From the NCBI GenBank assembly GCA_910586475.1, contig CAJUHM010000004.1:1277-65276 (forward strand): DNA of 64,000 nt, read 5' to 3'. This DNA comes from an uncultured Muribaculaceae bacterium. Its GTDB lineage: Bacteria > Bacteroidota > Bacteroidia > Bacteroidales > Muribaculaceae. Numbering within the stretch: position 1 is the stretch's first letter; every line of letters starts with the position of its first letter. Below are positions 1 through 8,088 of this stretch, in pieces. A model generated the notes under the pieces. The model was not told the DNA's origin, made no database searches, and saw nothing but the letters and a program-made list of their open reading frames with translations. A program made the position numbers and the translations under genes.

Positions 1-1196
1 CTCTCGCCAGCCGTAGCCGGAAAATGATCGGCTGGGATGAAATCCTTGAAGGCGGTCTTTTCCCGGGAGCTACTGTGATGGCATGGCGTGGTGCTGAAGC
101 CGCTGCCGAAAGTGCCAAACAGGGCCACGACGCTATTCTCACTCCGACAAATTTCTGCTACTTCGACTATTATCAGAGCACCAATCCCGATCTCGAGCCC
201 CTCGGAATCGGCGGATATGTTCCGGTTGAGAAGGTATATTCTCTCGAACCGGTCAGCGGCGATCTGACTCCCGATCAGGCGAAGCACATCATCGGCGCGC
301 AGGCTAATTTATGGACCGAATATATTCCCACTTATTCCCACGTCCAGTTCATGGAGCTGCCTCGTCTGGCCGCAATGTCGGAAGTGCAGTGGACCGATCC
401 GGCCCAGAAAGACTATGCCTATTTCTCGAAGCGTCTTCCGCAGCTGATCGAGCAGTATAAGACTCAGGGCTACAACTATGCCCCGTTCGTGTTCGACGTT
501 CTCGGCCGTCTTGATTCAGATCCGGCCAACCACGCAATTACTGCGACGCTCACCACGATCGACGACGCTCCCATCTATTATACTCTCGACGGTTCGACTC
601 CGACTGAAACATCGAATCGCTATTCAGGCCCGGTAAGCATTACCGAGTCGGCAGTGATCCGTGCGGTTGTGATTCGTCCCGAGGGACGCTCCCATGAATG
701 GTCCGACAGCGTTTCTTTCAATAAAGCCACAAGCTCGGCAGTCACGCTGAAAAATCCTCCTCATTCCCGCTATGCCTCATTCGGCCCCGGCCTGCTGACC
801 GACGGACGTTTTGGCGGCGAAGCATTCAACACCGGCAAATGGCTCGGCTTCAACGGCGAGAATCTTGAAGCGACGATCGATCTCGGCAAAATTCAGGAGA
901 TAAGCACAGTCAGCTACAACGCTCTTGTTGCAACAGCCGACTGGATTTTCGACACGCAGGAAGCTTTTGTCGAAGTCTCCGACAACGGAACAGATTTCAC
1001 CCCCGTAGCATCTGCAACCTACACTCAGCCGGACGATCACATCACCGAGATCCGTACACACACTCTTAAATTCGAGCCCGTCAAGGCCCGCTACGTAAGA
1101 GTCAAACTTACATATCTCGATGACATTCCTGTATGGCACGGCGCTGGAATCGGAAAGCCTGCCTTTATATTCGTTGATGAAATAATGATTGACTGA
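1..1196 (+). CDS. Beta-N-acetylhexosaminidase (GH20), C-terminal part with Fn3-like and F5/8-type domains; 5' end outside window
   Basis: Frame is open from the window edge (LASRSRKMIGWDEILEG). GH20 motifs IGWDE, YFDYYQ, GAQANLWTEY and PRLAAMSE; then IYYTLDGSTP and a discoidin-like C-terminus (FIFVDEI). Confidence 0.9.
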   Translation, partial: LASRSRKMIGWDEILEGGLFPGATVMAWRGAEAAAESAKQGHDAILTPTNFCYFDYYQSTNPDLEPLGIGGYVPVEKVYSLEPVSGDLTPDQAKHIIGAQANLWTEYIPTYSHVQFMELPRLAAMSEVQWTDPAQKDYAYFSKRLPQLIEQYKTQGYNYAPFVFDVLGRLDSDPANHAITATLTTIDDAPIYYTLDGSTPTETSNRYSGPVSITESAVIRAVVIRPEGRSHEWSDSVSFNKATSSAVTLKNPPHSRYASFGPGLLTDGRFGGEAFNTGKWLGFNGENLEATIDLGKIQEISTVSYNALVATADWIFDTQEAFVEVSDNGTDFTPVASATYTQPDDHITEIRTHTLKFEPVKARYVRVKLTYLDDIPVWHGAGIGKPAFIFVDEIMID

Positions 1197-1224
1197 AGCC
1201 ATAAGAATCCTCTTTCATAAAAAT

Positions 1225-1255
1225 AAGCCGGCCCGCTCTCAAAGCGGGCCGGCTT
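1225..1255. terminator. Bidirectional intrinsic terminator
   Basis: Perfect 13-bp stem AAGCCGGCCCGCT/AGCGGGCCGGCTT between convergent genes. Confidence 0.8.
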
Positions 1256-1302
1256 CTCCATGAAAAAGCGTAGTAGATCTATTATGGTACCTAATTGGAT
1301 AA

Positions 1303-2064
1303 TTATTTCAGATTGTTGATCGAGCCTCCCGATGAACTTTTCGAGTTGGTCATCTTGTTGACAAAACAGGAGATAGAGCCCCCTGATGAGGCCTGGGCCT
1401 CGCCTGTCTCTGCTTTCAGCCGGTCGGCATTGACAGATGCGCCGGAACTGACCTCGAAAGCAACCGCCGATGCGACGCCCTCGACAATGATAAGCGAACC
1501 TGACGACGCATCGCATGCAAGCGATTGAGCTGTGGCCTTGATTCTGATGCTTGCGCCTGATGACGAATCGACACCCACGATTTCGGCCTGCAGTTCGGTT
1601 GCATTAAGGTTGGACCCTGACGACGCTCTCAGCGACAGTTCGCCCGAAGATGGAGCCTTGTAGTGTTGCGGAATCAGGAGACTCGCGCCTGAGGATGAAT
1701 TGAATTCATGGGCCGACGGCGATTTGACTGTCACCGTCACTTTTTCTCTGCCGGAGCTGATTCGTTCGGAGGTGGCAACGGTTAGTGATTTGTCTTTGTC
1801 CGTTAAGGCTATCTTGTCGAGAAGATCGGCTGGCGCCTCTATTATAGCGATGTTTTCGTCTGATTGCTGATAGACGACTTTCAGGCCTTGTTGTGCGTTA
1901 AGCGCGGCGATTCCCGAAATCTCCACAGTGTCCGTAACCATAGGTGAAGCGGGGTCGCTTGAGTATCCCGAAGAGAACAGACCTGAGATATTTGAAGGGT
2001 TCGAGCAACTCAAAACAGTAGAAGCGAGTATGCCGGCGATGGCATGGATGAAGATTTTTTTCAT
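1303..2064 (-). CDS. DUF2807 / GIN-domain lipoprotein
   Basis: Signal peptide with lipobox (VLSC); repeated SSG(A/S)S beta-solenoid units. Confidence 0.8.
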   Translation of the reverse strand: MKKIFIHAIAGILASTVLSCSNPSNISGLFSSGYSSDPASPMVTDTVEISGIAALNAQQGLKVVYQQSDENIAIIEAPADLLDKIALTDKDKSLTVATSERISSGREKVTVTVKSPSAHEFNSSSGASLLIPQHYKAPSSGELSLRASSGSNLNATELQAEIVGVDSSSGASIRIKATAQSLACDASSGSLIIVEGVASAVAFEVSSGASVNADRLKAETGEAQASSGGSISCFVNKMTNSKSSSGGSINNLK

Positions 2065-2122
2065 TTTTGTGACTCGGATTTTGGTGGATGTATATCTCTG
2101 AGAGAATCGTTGTGTTTAGTTT

Positions 2123-2287
2123 TTATTCGCTCAAAGAGGAATTTTCGAGGGATCTATGGAGATCTACGCAGGGAGCGATGCGGGCATCGTGACCGGGAAT
2201 ATCTTCATAGAGCACCGAAAAGGGCATTTGAGAGGATAAAAAACTCTTTATTGTATTATCGAATTTGTCTATCCGTGTTAAAACCAT
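2123..2287 (-). CDS. Putative 54-aa small ORF inside repeat copy A
   Basis: ATG..TAA frame MVLTRIDKFDNTIKSFLSSQMPFSVLYEDIPGHDARIAPCVDLHRSLENSSLSE; homologous frame kept in copy B. Confidence 0.3.
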   Translation of the reverse strand: MVLTRIDKFDNTIKSFLSSQMPFSVLYEDIPGHDARIAPCVDLHRSLENSSLSE

Positions 2288-2292
2288 ACATT
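2166..2292 (-). repeat. Dispersed intergenic element, copy A
   Basis: Reverse complement of 2166-2257 aligns ungapped to 50529-50620 at 75/92 nt; weaker similarity extends to 2292/50497. Confidence 0.85.
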
Positions 2293-2296
2293 CTCT

Positions 2297-2325
2297 TAGA
2301 CGCGTGCTTTGCAGAAAAAGTTACA
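2297..2325 (-). promoter_or_regulatory. Putative ECF-sigma promoter TGTAAC-N17-CGTCTA
   Basis: AAC (-35) / CGT (-10) architecture, facing the repeat and the DUF2807 gene. Confidence 0.55.
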
Positions 2326-2399
2326 AAACCACAAAGAAAATCGATAAAGTTGCCTATATTTGCTATTAATTTTCTTTGTCCTAACAAATTTTTTAATCC

Positions 2400-3569
2400 A
2401 TGAACACCAGACTACGCATAGGTCTTTTAGGAAAAATCTTTATCGGAATGGCGGCAGGGGTCGCATTCGGTTATATGGCTCCGTTTTGGCTGGGGCGACT
2501 GTTTGCGACGTTCAATTATGTTTTCAGCCAGTTTCTCGGATTCCTGATTCCGCTTATTATCGTAGGTTTTGTCGCTCCAGCCATAGCCGAACTCGGCGAA
2601 CGTGCCGGAAAAATGCTCGTTTTCACAGCTGCGCTTGCCTATGCGGCTACGCTGATTGCCGGTTTCTGCGCCTATTTCACAGCAGACTCTCTTTTCCCGG
2701 ATATGCTTGCAGGGCAGTACATGGCAGCTTCGGCTACCGAGTCGCTCAATGCCCCCGCACCATATTTCACGATCGATATCCCGGCCCTTGTTCCCGTGAC
2801 GACAGCCCTCGTCCTTGCCTTTATGGTCGGAATCGGGTGTGCGTTCATAAAGGAAACGACTTTGAAAAATGCTGTTTTTGAATTTCGCACGATTGTCAGC
2901 AAGACGATCATGAAGGGGGTGATCCCGCTGTTGCCTTATTATATATGTGGAATTTTCCTGACAATGGCTATGGAGGGGAAGGTCGGAGCGATACTGACTG
3001 CTTTCTCTAAGATCATCGTGGTGATTTTTGTGCTGCATGTCGGAATCCTTGTGGCCCAATACTGCATTGCTGCCATTTTCTTTCGTCGCAACCCGTTCCG
3101 GATGCTATGGACAATGATGCCGGCCTATTTCACTGCTCTTGGGACTCAATCCTCGGCCGCAACCATTCCTGTCACATTGCGCCAGTCGATCGCTATGGGT
3201 ATCGACAAGGATATAGCCGGATTTGTCGTTCCGCTTTGTGCCACTATTCACATGTCCGGATCGACACTGAAAATCGTGGCCTGTGCGATCGCCCTTATGA
3301 TTCTTCAGGGCATTGGTTATGATTTTGCCTCCGTAGCCGAATTTATAGCCATGCTCGGAGTCACTATTATCGCCGCTCCCGGAATTCCCGGCGGAGCCAT
3401 AATGGCATCTCTTGGCTTGCTCTCAGGAATCATCGGCTTTTCTGACGCTCAAAATGCCATGATGATAGCTCTCTATATCGCGATGGACTCCTTCGGGACA
3501 GCCTGCAACGTGACCGGCGACGGTGCGATTGCAGCTATCGTCAACAGCATTTTCGGCAAAAAAATCTGA
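2400..3569 (+). CDS. Dicarboxylate/amino acid:cation symporter (DAACS, SstT-like)
   Basis: Multiple TM segments; motifs TQSSAATIP, ATIHMSG, APGIPGG, DSFGTACNVTGD; TATATTTG -7 element at 2355-2362. Confidence 0.9.
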   Translation: MNTRLRIGLLGKIFIGMAAGVAFGYMAPFWLGRLFATFNYVFSQFLGFLIPLIIVGFVAPAIAELGERAGKMLVFTAALAYAATLIAGFCAYFTADSLFPDMLAGQYMAASATESLNAPAPYFTIDIPALVPVTTALVLAFMVGIGCAFIKETTLKNAVFEFRTIVSKTIMKGVIPLLPYYICGIFLTMAMEGKVGAILTAFSKIIVVIFVLHVGILVAQYCIAAIFFRRNPFRMLWTMMPAYFTALGTQSSAATIPVTLRQSIAMGIDKDIAGFVVPLCATIHMSGSTLKIVACAIALMILQGIGYDFASVAEFIAMLGVTIIAAPGIPGGAIMASLGLLSGIIGFSDAQNAMMIALYIAMDSFGTACNVTGDGAIAAIVNSIFGKKI

Positions 3570-3669
3570 TCAGTGTGTAATTTATTTCTGATTTTTGCGT
3601 CAAACGAATTGTATTCATCATTTTGTTCATTGATGATAAACCGACATTTATAAAAAAAATAGGATACAT

Positions 3670-4590
3670 ATGGATTTATTGACAGTCAGTGAAGTGACCA
3701 AGAACTATGCGGGCCACACTGCGCTCGACAATGTCTCACTATCGGTCAGACAGGGTTCAGTCTACGGTCTGCTCGGACCTAACGGAGCTGGAAAAACAAC
3801 CCTCATCAGAATTATCAACCACATAACAGCCCCTGATTCCGGAAGCGTTGTTTTCGACGGTCATCCTCTGACTCAGGCGGATGTGGCACAGATCGGCTAT
3901 CTTCCAGAAGAGAGAGGTCTTTATAAGAAAATGAAAGTGGGAGATCAGGCTGTTTTCTTTGCCCGTCTGAAGGGGCTGTCGAAAGCGGATGCCACCCGGG
4001 CTCTCAAGGAATGGTTCGATCGCTTCGAGATCGGTTCGTGGTGGAACCGCAAGGTCGAGGAGCTTTCCAAAGGCATGGCCCAGAAAGTGCAGTTTATTGT
4101 GACAGTCCTCCACAATCCGAAACTGCTTATCTTCGACGAGCCTTTCTCCGGATTTGACCCTATCAATGCCAATCTGCTTCGCGATGAGATTCTCCGTCTG
4201 CGCGACAATGGGTCGACTATCATATTCTCGACACACAACATGGCTTCTGTTGAGGAGATATGCGATGATATCACGCTGATAAACAACGGCCGCAACATCC
4301 TGACCGGTAATGTCGACGAGATCCGTCGTGATTTTTCACGCGGACGCTATTCGATCGACTTTGAGGGCGATTCCTCGCGGCTTGCATCGGCGCTCGAACC
4401 GGTCATCAGCACATTCTCGCTCTCGGAGGCGCCCCGCGGACGTCAGCGGATGGACATTGTTGTCCGCGACGGTGTGGATGCCCGCAGTGTCATCGGAATC
4501 GCCAACGAAACATCCCGGCTCGCCGCCTTCAACGAAACGATGGCGTCAATGAACGACATATTCATCAATGCTGTCTCAAAGCAAAAATAA
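3670..4590 (+). CDS. ABC transporter ATP-binding protein (NatA-like)
   Basis: Walker A GPNGAGKTT, signature LSKGM, Walker B IFDEP. Confidence 0.92.
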   Translation: MDLLTVSEVTKNYAGHTALDNVSLSVRQGSVYGLLGPNGAGKTTLIRIINHITAPDSGSVVFDGHPLTQADVAQIGYLPEERGLYKKMKVGDQAVFFARLKGLSKADATRALKEWFDRFEIGSWWNRKVEELSKGMAQKVQFIVTVLHNPKLLIFDEPFSGFDPINANLLRDEILRLRDNGSTIIFSTHNMASVEEICDDITLINNGRNILTGNVDEIRRDFSRGRYSIDFEGDSSRLASALEPVISTFSLSEAPRGRQRMDIVVRDGVDARSVIGIANETSRLAAFNETMASMNDIFINAVSKQK

Positions 4591-4617
4591 ATTCTCTTCC
4601 TAAAGCAAATTTTGAAA

Positions 4618-5919
4618 ATGGATTCAAAGACTTCGATAATAATCGGGCGCGAGTACATGGAGCGCGTCTCGAAAAAAAGCTTCCTAATAACCACTATTCT
4701 AATGCCGGTGCTGATGCTTGGCTTGATGCTGGTTCCGGTGCTGATCGCAATGTTTTCCGAATCGGAAAACCGTCAGCTGATGGTTATTGACAATTCCGGC
4801 AAGATCGCGCAGAAGCTTCAGAACACCTCTTCGCTTACTTTCGCTGCGACCGATCTCACTCTCGATTCGGCCCGTAGCCTCGAAGGTATCGACGGTGTGC
4901 TTTTTATTCCAGCTGAGGCTCTGACCGGGCAAGCCACAATGCAGATCTACACCAACGGCCCCTCCTCGATGGAAATCGAGTCGGTAATAACCTCCCAGGT
5001 CGACGATATTGTTGAAAGCTACAAACTCTCGACCTATGGAATCGAGAATCTCGACAAGATCATCGAGTCGATCACCTCCGACGTCAAACTCCAGTCGATC
5101 CGCAACGACAAGGAGTCGACCGAATCCTCGACCGCTCTGAGCTATATGCTTGGCTTCGTGTTGACGATAATGCTCTATATGTGTCTGCTTCTCTACGGGC
5201 AGATGGTGATGACGAGCATTATCGAGGAGAAAAACAACCGTGTGCTTGAAATCGTTGTCAGCTCCGTCAAACCGACACAGCTGATGCTTGGAAAGATCTG
5301 TGGGATCGGGCTTGTGGCCGTCACTCAGATCGTCATCTGGGGAGTGCTTATGGTCTCTATGTCAGCATTCCTCCTGCCGGTTCTCCTTCCCGAGACAATG
5401 TCGTCCGAAATGGCCGCGCTCAGCGAAGGAGCCACAACAGCCTCTCTCTCTTATGATGTAGAGATGCTTCAGGCGATCTCTATGCTCGGAAATGTATCAT
5501 ATATCATCGAACTCTTCGGGCTGCTTCTCCTCTTCCTGGTCGGCGGTTTTATGCTTTATGCTGCGATCTATGCCGCCATCGGATCGGCGGTCGACAACAT
5601 TCAGGACGCCGGACAGCTTCAGTCCGTTGTGGTTTTTCCGATCATTATCGGCGTTGCAGTGGCAATGGCAGCTGCAGCTGATCCGGCCTCGAGCCTGTCG
5701 TTGTGGACTTCTTTCATTCCATTTACATCGCCGATGGTCATGATGGCACGTATCCCGTTCGGCATTCCGGCATGGGAAATCGTTGTGTCGCTCGTGATTC
5801 TTTTCGCGTCGTTTTTCGTCGTTGTCTGGTTCGCGGCCAAGATCTACCGTGTAGGCATCTTCATGTATGGCAAGAAACCCACATTTGCCGAACTGATCAA
5901 ATGGATGAGATATAAATAA
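4618..5919 (+). CDS. ABC-2 family permease (NatB-like)
   Basis: N-terminal TM, soluble domain, IEEKNNRVLEIVVSS motif, C-terminal TMs; follows the ATPase. ATG 4618 preferred over TTG 4612. Confidence 0.88.
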   Translation: MDSKTSIIIGREYMERVSKKSFLITTILMPVLMLGLMLVPVLIAMFSESENRQLMVIDNSGKIAQKLQNTSSLTFAATDLTLDSARSLEGIDGVLFIPAEALTGQATMQIYTNGPSSMEIESVITSQVDDIVESYKLSTYGIENLDKIIESITSDVKLQSIRNDKESTESSTALSYMLGFVLTIMLYMCLLLYGQMVMTSIIEEKNNRVLEIVVSSVKPTQLMLGKICGIGLVAVTQIVIWGVLMVSMSAFLLPVLLPETMSSEMAALSEGATTASLSYDVEMLQAISMLGNVSYIIELFGLLLLFLVGGFMLYAAIYAAIGSAVDNIQDAGQLQSVVVFPIIIGVAVAMAAAADPASSLSLWTSFIPFTSPMVMMARIPFGIPAWEIVVSLVILFASFFVVVWFAAKIYRVGIFMYGKKPTFAELIKWMRYK

Positions 5920-6081
5920 GCCATCTGCCCTGAACGATCGGCAGTCATGAAAAAAACAGGCGGGCCACCCACTTTCGGGCGGCTCACTTGTTGTTAGGGG
6001 TAGACGGTGGCCAAATGGACTGCCGCCGCTACGGAATTTGGTGCATTTTGAGAAAAAAACATTCGATGAACGTACTAAAAT

Positions 6082-6112
6082 TTTGACAACTTACGTTTAT
6101 TTTGTAACTTTG
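6082..6112 (+). promoter_or_regulatory. Canonical Bacteroidetes promoter TTTG-N19-TAACTTTG for sigma copy 1
   Basis: Exact -33/-7 consensus with a 19-nt spacer. Confidence 0.8.
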
Positions 6113-6135
6113 CACACTTTTTGCCGCAAACACGA

Positions 6136-6993
6136 ATGAGACAGCTAAAAATCATCCGCTCGATTACGAGCCGCGACACCGCATCACTCGACAAATATCT
6201 TCAGGAAATCGGCCGCGAAGAGCTTCTGAGCGTCGACGAGGAGGTAGAACTTGCCCAGCGAATCCGTCAGGGTGACAACCGCGCACTTGACCGACTTGTC
6301 TGTGCCAACCTTCGCTTTGTCGTCTCGGTGGCCAAGCAATATCAGAATCAGGGTCTTAGCCTTCCTGACCTTATCAATGAAGGTAATGTCGGCTTGATTA
6401 AAGCCGCTCAGAAATTTGACGAGACCCGCGGTTTTAAATTCATTTCCTATGCCGTCTGGTGGATCCGCCAGTCGATTCTTCAGGCACTTGCCGAGCAGAG
6501 CCGAATTGTCCGTCTTCCGCTCAATCAGGTCGGTTCGCTCAACAAGATCAACAAAGCCATCAGCAAGTTCGAGCAGGACCATCAGCGCAAACCGTCATCG
6601 GAAGAACTCTCAAATATTCTTGACATTGATGTTGACAAGATCTCCGAATCCGTGAGCGTCAATGGTCGCCACACTTCGCTCGATGCTCCCTTCTCCGACT
6701 CTGAGGACAACAGCCTCATGGACGTCCTGACTGACGCCGATGCCCCAAATACCGACGCTTCGCTCAATCAGGAGTCTCTTTCTGTCGAAGTTGACCGTGC
6801 CTTGTCGCAGCTTCATCCGCGCGAACGCGATATTCTTAAGATGTTCTTTGGAATCGGTTGTCAGGAAATGACACTTGAAGAAATTGCGCTCAAATTCGAT
6901 CTGACACGCGAACGTGTACGTCAGATCAAGGAGAAGGCGATCCGTCGCCTCAAAGGTCAGCGTAGCCGCCACCTGCGTGCGTTTCTCGGCTGA
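6136..6993 (+). CDS. rpoD: RNA polymerase sigma factor RpoD/SigA, Bacteroidetes type, copy 1
   Basis: MRQLKI start, [27 protein letters not shown] (region 2), LTRERVRQI (region 4.2); no region 1.1. Confidence 0.93.
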   Translation: MRQLKIIRSITSRDTASLDKYLQEIGREELLSVDEEVELAQRIRQGDNRALDRLVCANLRFVVSVAKQYQNQGLSLPDLINEGNVGLIKAAQKFDETRGFKFISYAVWWIRQSILQALAEQSRIVRLPLNQVGSLNKINKAISKFEQDHQRKPSSEELSNILDIDVDKISESVSVNGRHTSLDAPFSDSEDNSLMDVLTDADAPNTDASLNQESLSVEVDRALSQLHPRERDILKMFFGIGCQEMTLEEIALKFDLTRERVRQIKEKAIRRLKGQRSRHLRAFLG

Positions 6994-7034
6994 TATCGGC
7001 CTGAGAGCGATCTCATAGTTGGAAAAATATTTAA

Positions 7035-7080
7035 GTCAAAGCCACTGAAGAATTGTTTTTGGTGGTTTTGACCACTTTTT
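7035..7080 (+). terminator. Intrinsic terminator after sigma copy 1
   Basis: GTCAAAGCCACTGAAGA/TTTTTGGTGGTTTTGAC stem with G-U pairs, followed by a T-run. Confidence 0.6.
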
Positions 7081-7125
7081 GCGTGTAATCTTCCATAGAT
7101 TACACGCTATTTATTTGTATCTTTA
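7081..7125 (+). promoter_or_regulatory. Palindromic operator candidate plus variant -7 element (TATCTTTA) upstream of sigma copy 2
   Basis: Perfect inverted repeat GCGTGTAATCT-N5-AGATTACACGC at 7081-7107; TATCTTTA at 7118-7125. Confidence 0.5.
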
Positions 7126-7195
7126 CCAGATATTTCGTAATCCGGGAGCTCAGGATGGGAAATATCTGTTCTTCTGACTATCAAATCTTACTCTG

Positions 7196-8056
7196 ATGAG
7201 GCAACTTAAAATCAACAAATCGATAACTAACCGTGAAAGTCCGTCGCTCGACAAGTATCTACAGGAAATCGGAAGGGAGGAGATGATAGGTGTTGATGAA
7301 GAGGTTGAACTGGCCCGAAGAATTAGAAGCGGAGATTCCGAGGCTGTCGACAGACTGATCAAAGCCAATCTGAGATTTGTCGTTTCCGTCGCCAAGCAAT
7401 ATCAGAACCAGGGTCTTGCCCTTCCCGACCTAATCAATGAAGGTAATATAGGACTCATCAAGGCTGCCCACAAGTTCGACGAAACGCGTGGGTTCAAATT
7501 CATTTCCTATGCCGTCTGGTGGATCCGCCAGTCAATTCTTCAGGCCGTTGCCGAGCAGAGCCGTATTGTCCGTCTGCCGCTGAATCAGGTTGGCACTCTC
7601 AATAAGATCTCGAAAGCTTTGTCGCGGTTTGAGCAGAGTCATCAGCGGAAACCGTCGGCCGGTGAACTTGCCGAAGAGCTTGAGGTGCCGGTCGAAAAAA
7701 TATCTGAGGCAATCAATGTTTCCGGCAGACATGTCTCAGTCGATGCGCCTTTTGTCGATGGTGAAGATGGCAGTCTTCTTGACGTGCTGACAAGCGACGA
7801 TGCGGCTCCGACCGATTCGGAACTCGGAAGAGAATCGCTGTCGCGGGAAATCGATCGAGTGCTGTGTCAGTTAAATGAACGTGAGCGTGAGATCATCAGA
7901 CTCTTTTTTGGAATCGGATGCCGCGAGCAGTCGCTTGAGGAGATCGGCGAGCGCTTCAAACTGACGCGCGAACGTGTGCGTCAGATCAAGGAAAAAGCGA
8001 TCCGCAACCTCAAAGGCCATAAAAGCCGACTTCTCAAGGCCTACATCTGTCAGTAA
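7196..8056 (+). CDS. rpoD: RNA polymerase sigma factor RpoD/SigA, Bacteroidetes type, copy 2
   Basis: Same motifs as copy 1; about 73% identical, ungapped (manual count). Confidence 0.93.
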   Translation: MRQLKINKSITNRESPSLDKYLQEIGREEMIGVDEEVELARRIRSGDSEAVDRLIKANLRFVVSVAKQYQNQGLALPDLINEGNIGLIKAAHKFDETRGFKFISYAVWWIRQSILQAVAEQSRIVRLPLNQVGTLNKISKALSRFEQSHQRKPSAGELAEELEVPVEKISEAINVSGRHVSVDAPFVDGEDGSLLDVLTSDDAAPTDSELGRESLSREIDRVLCQLNEREREIIRLFFGIGCREQSLEEIGERFKLTRERVRQIKEKAIRNLKGHKSRLLKAYICQ

Positions 8057-8088
8057 TCAGGTTGCCGTTCGCTGTCTGCATGTGAGGT

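Noticed and set aside
1303..1700. SSG(A/S)S repeats as a possible DNA tandem repeat
   Set aside because: Degenerate at DNA level; normal beta-solenoid repeats of DUF2807
2044..2403. 119-aa plus-strand ORF across the DUF2807-symporter spacer
   Set aside because: Crosses both promoters; the repeat-copy comparison in this frame is mostly non-synonymous
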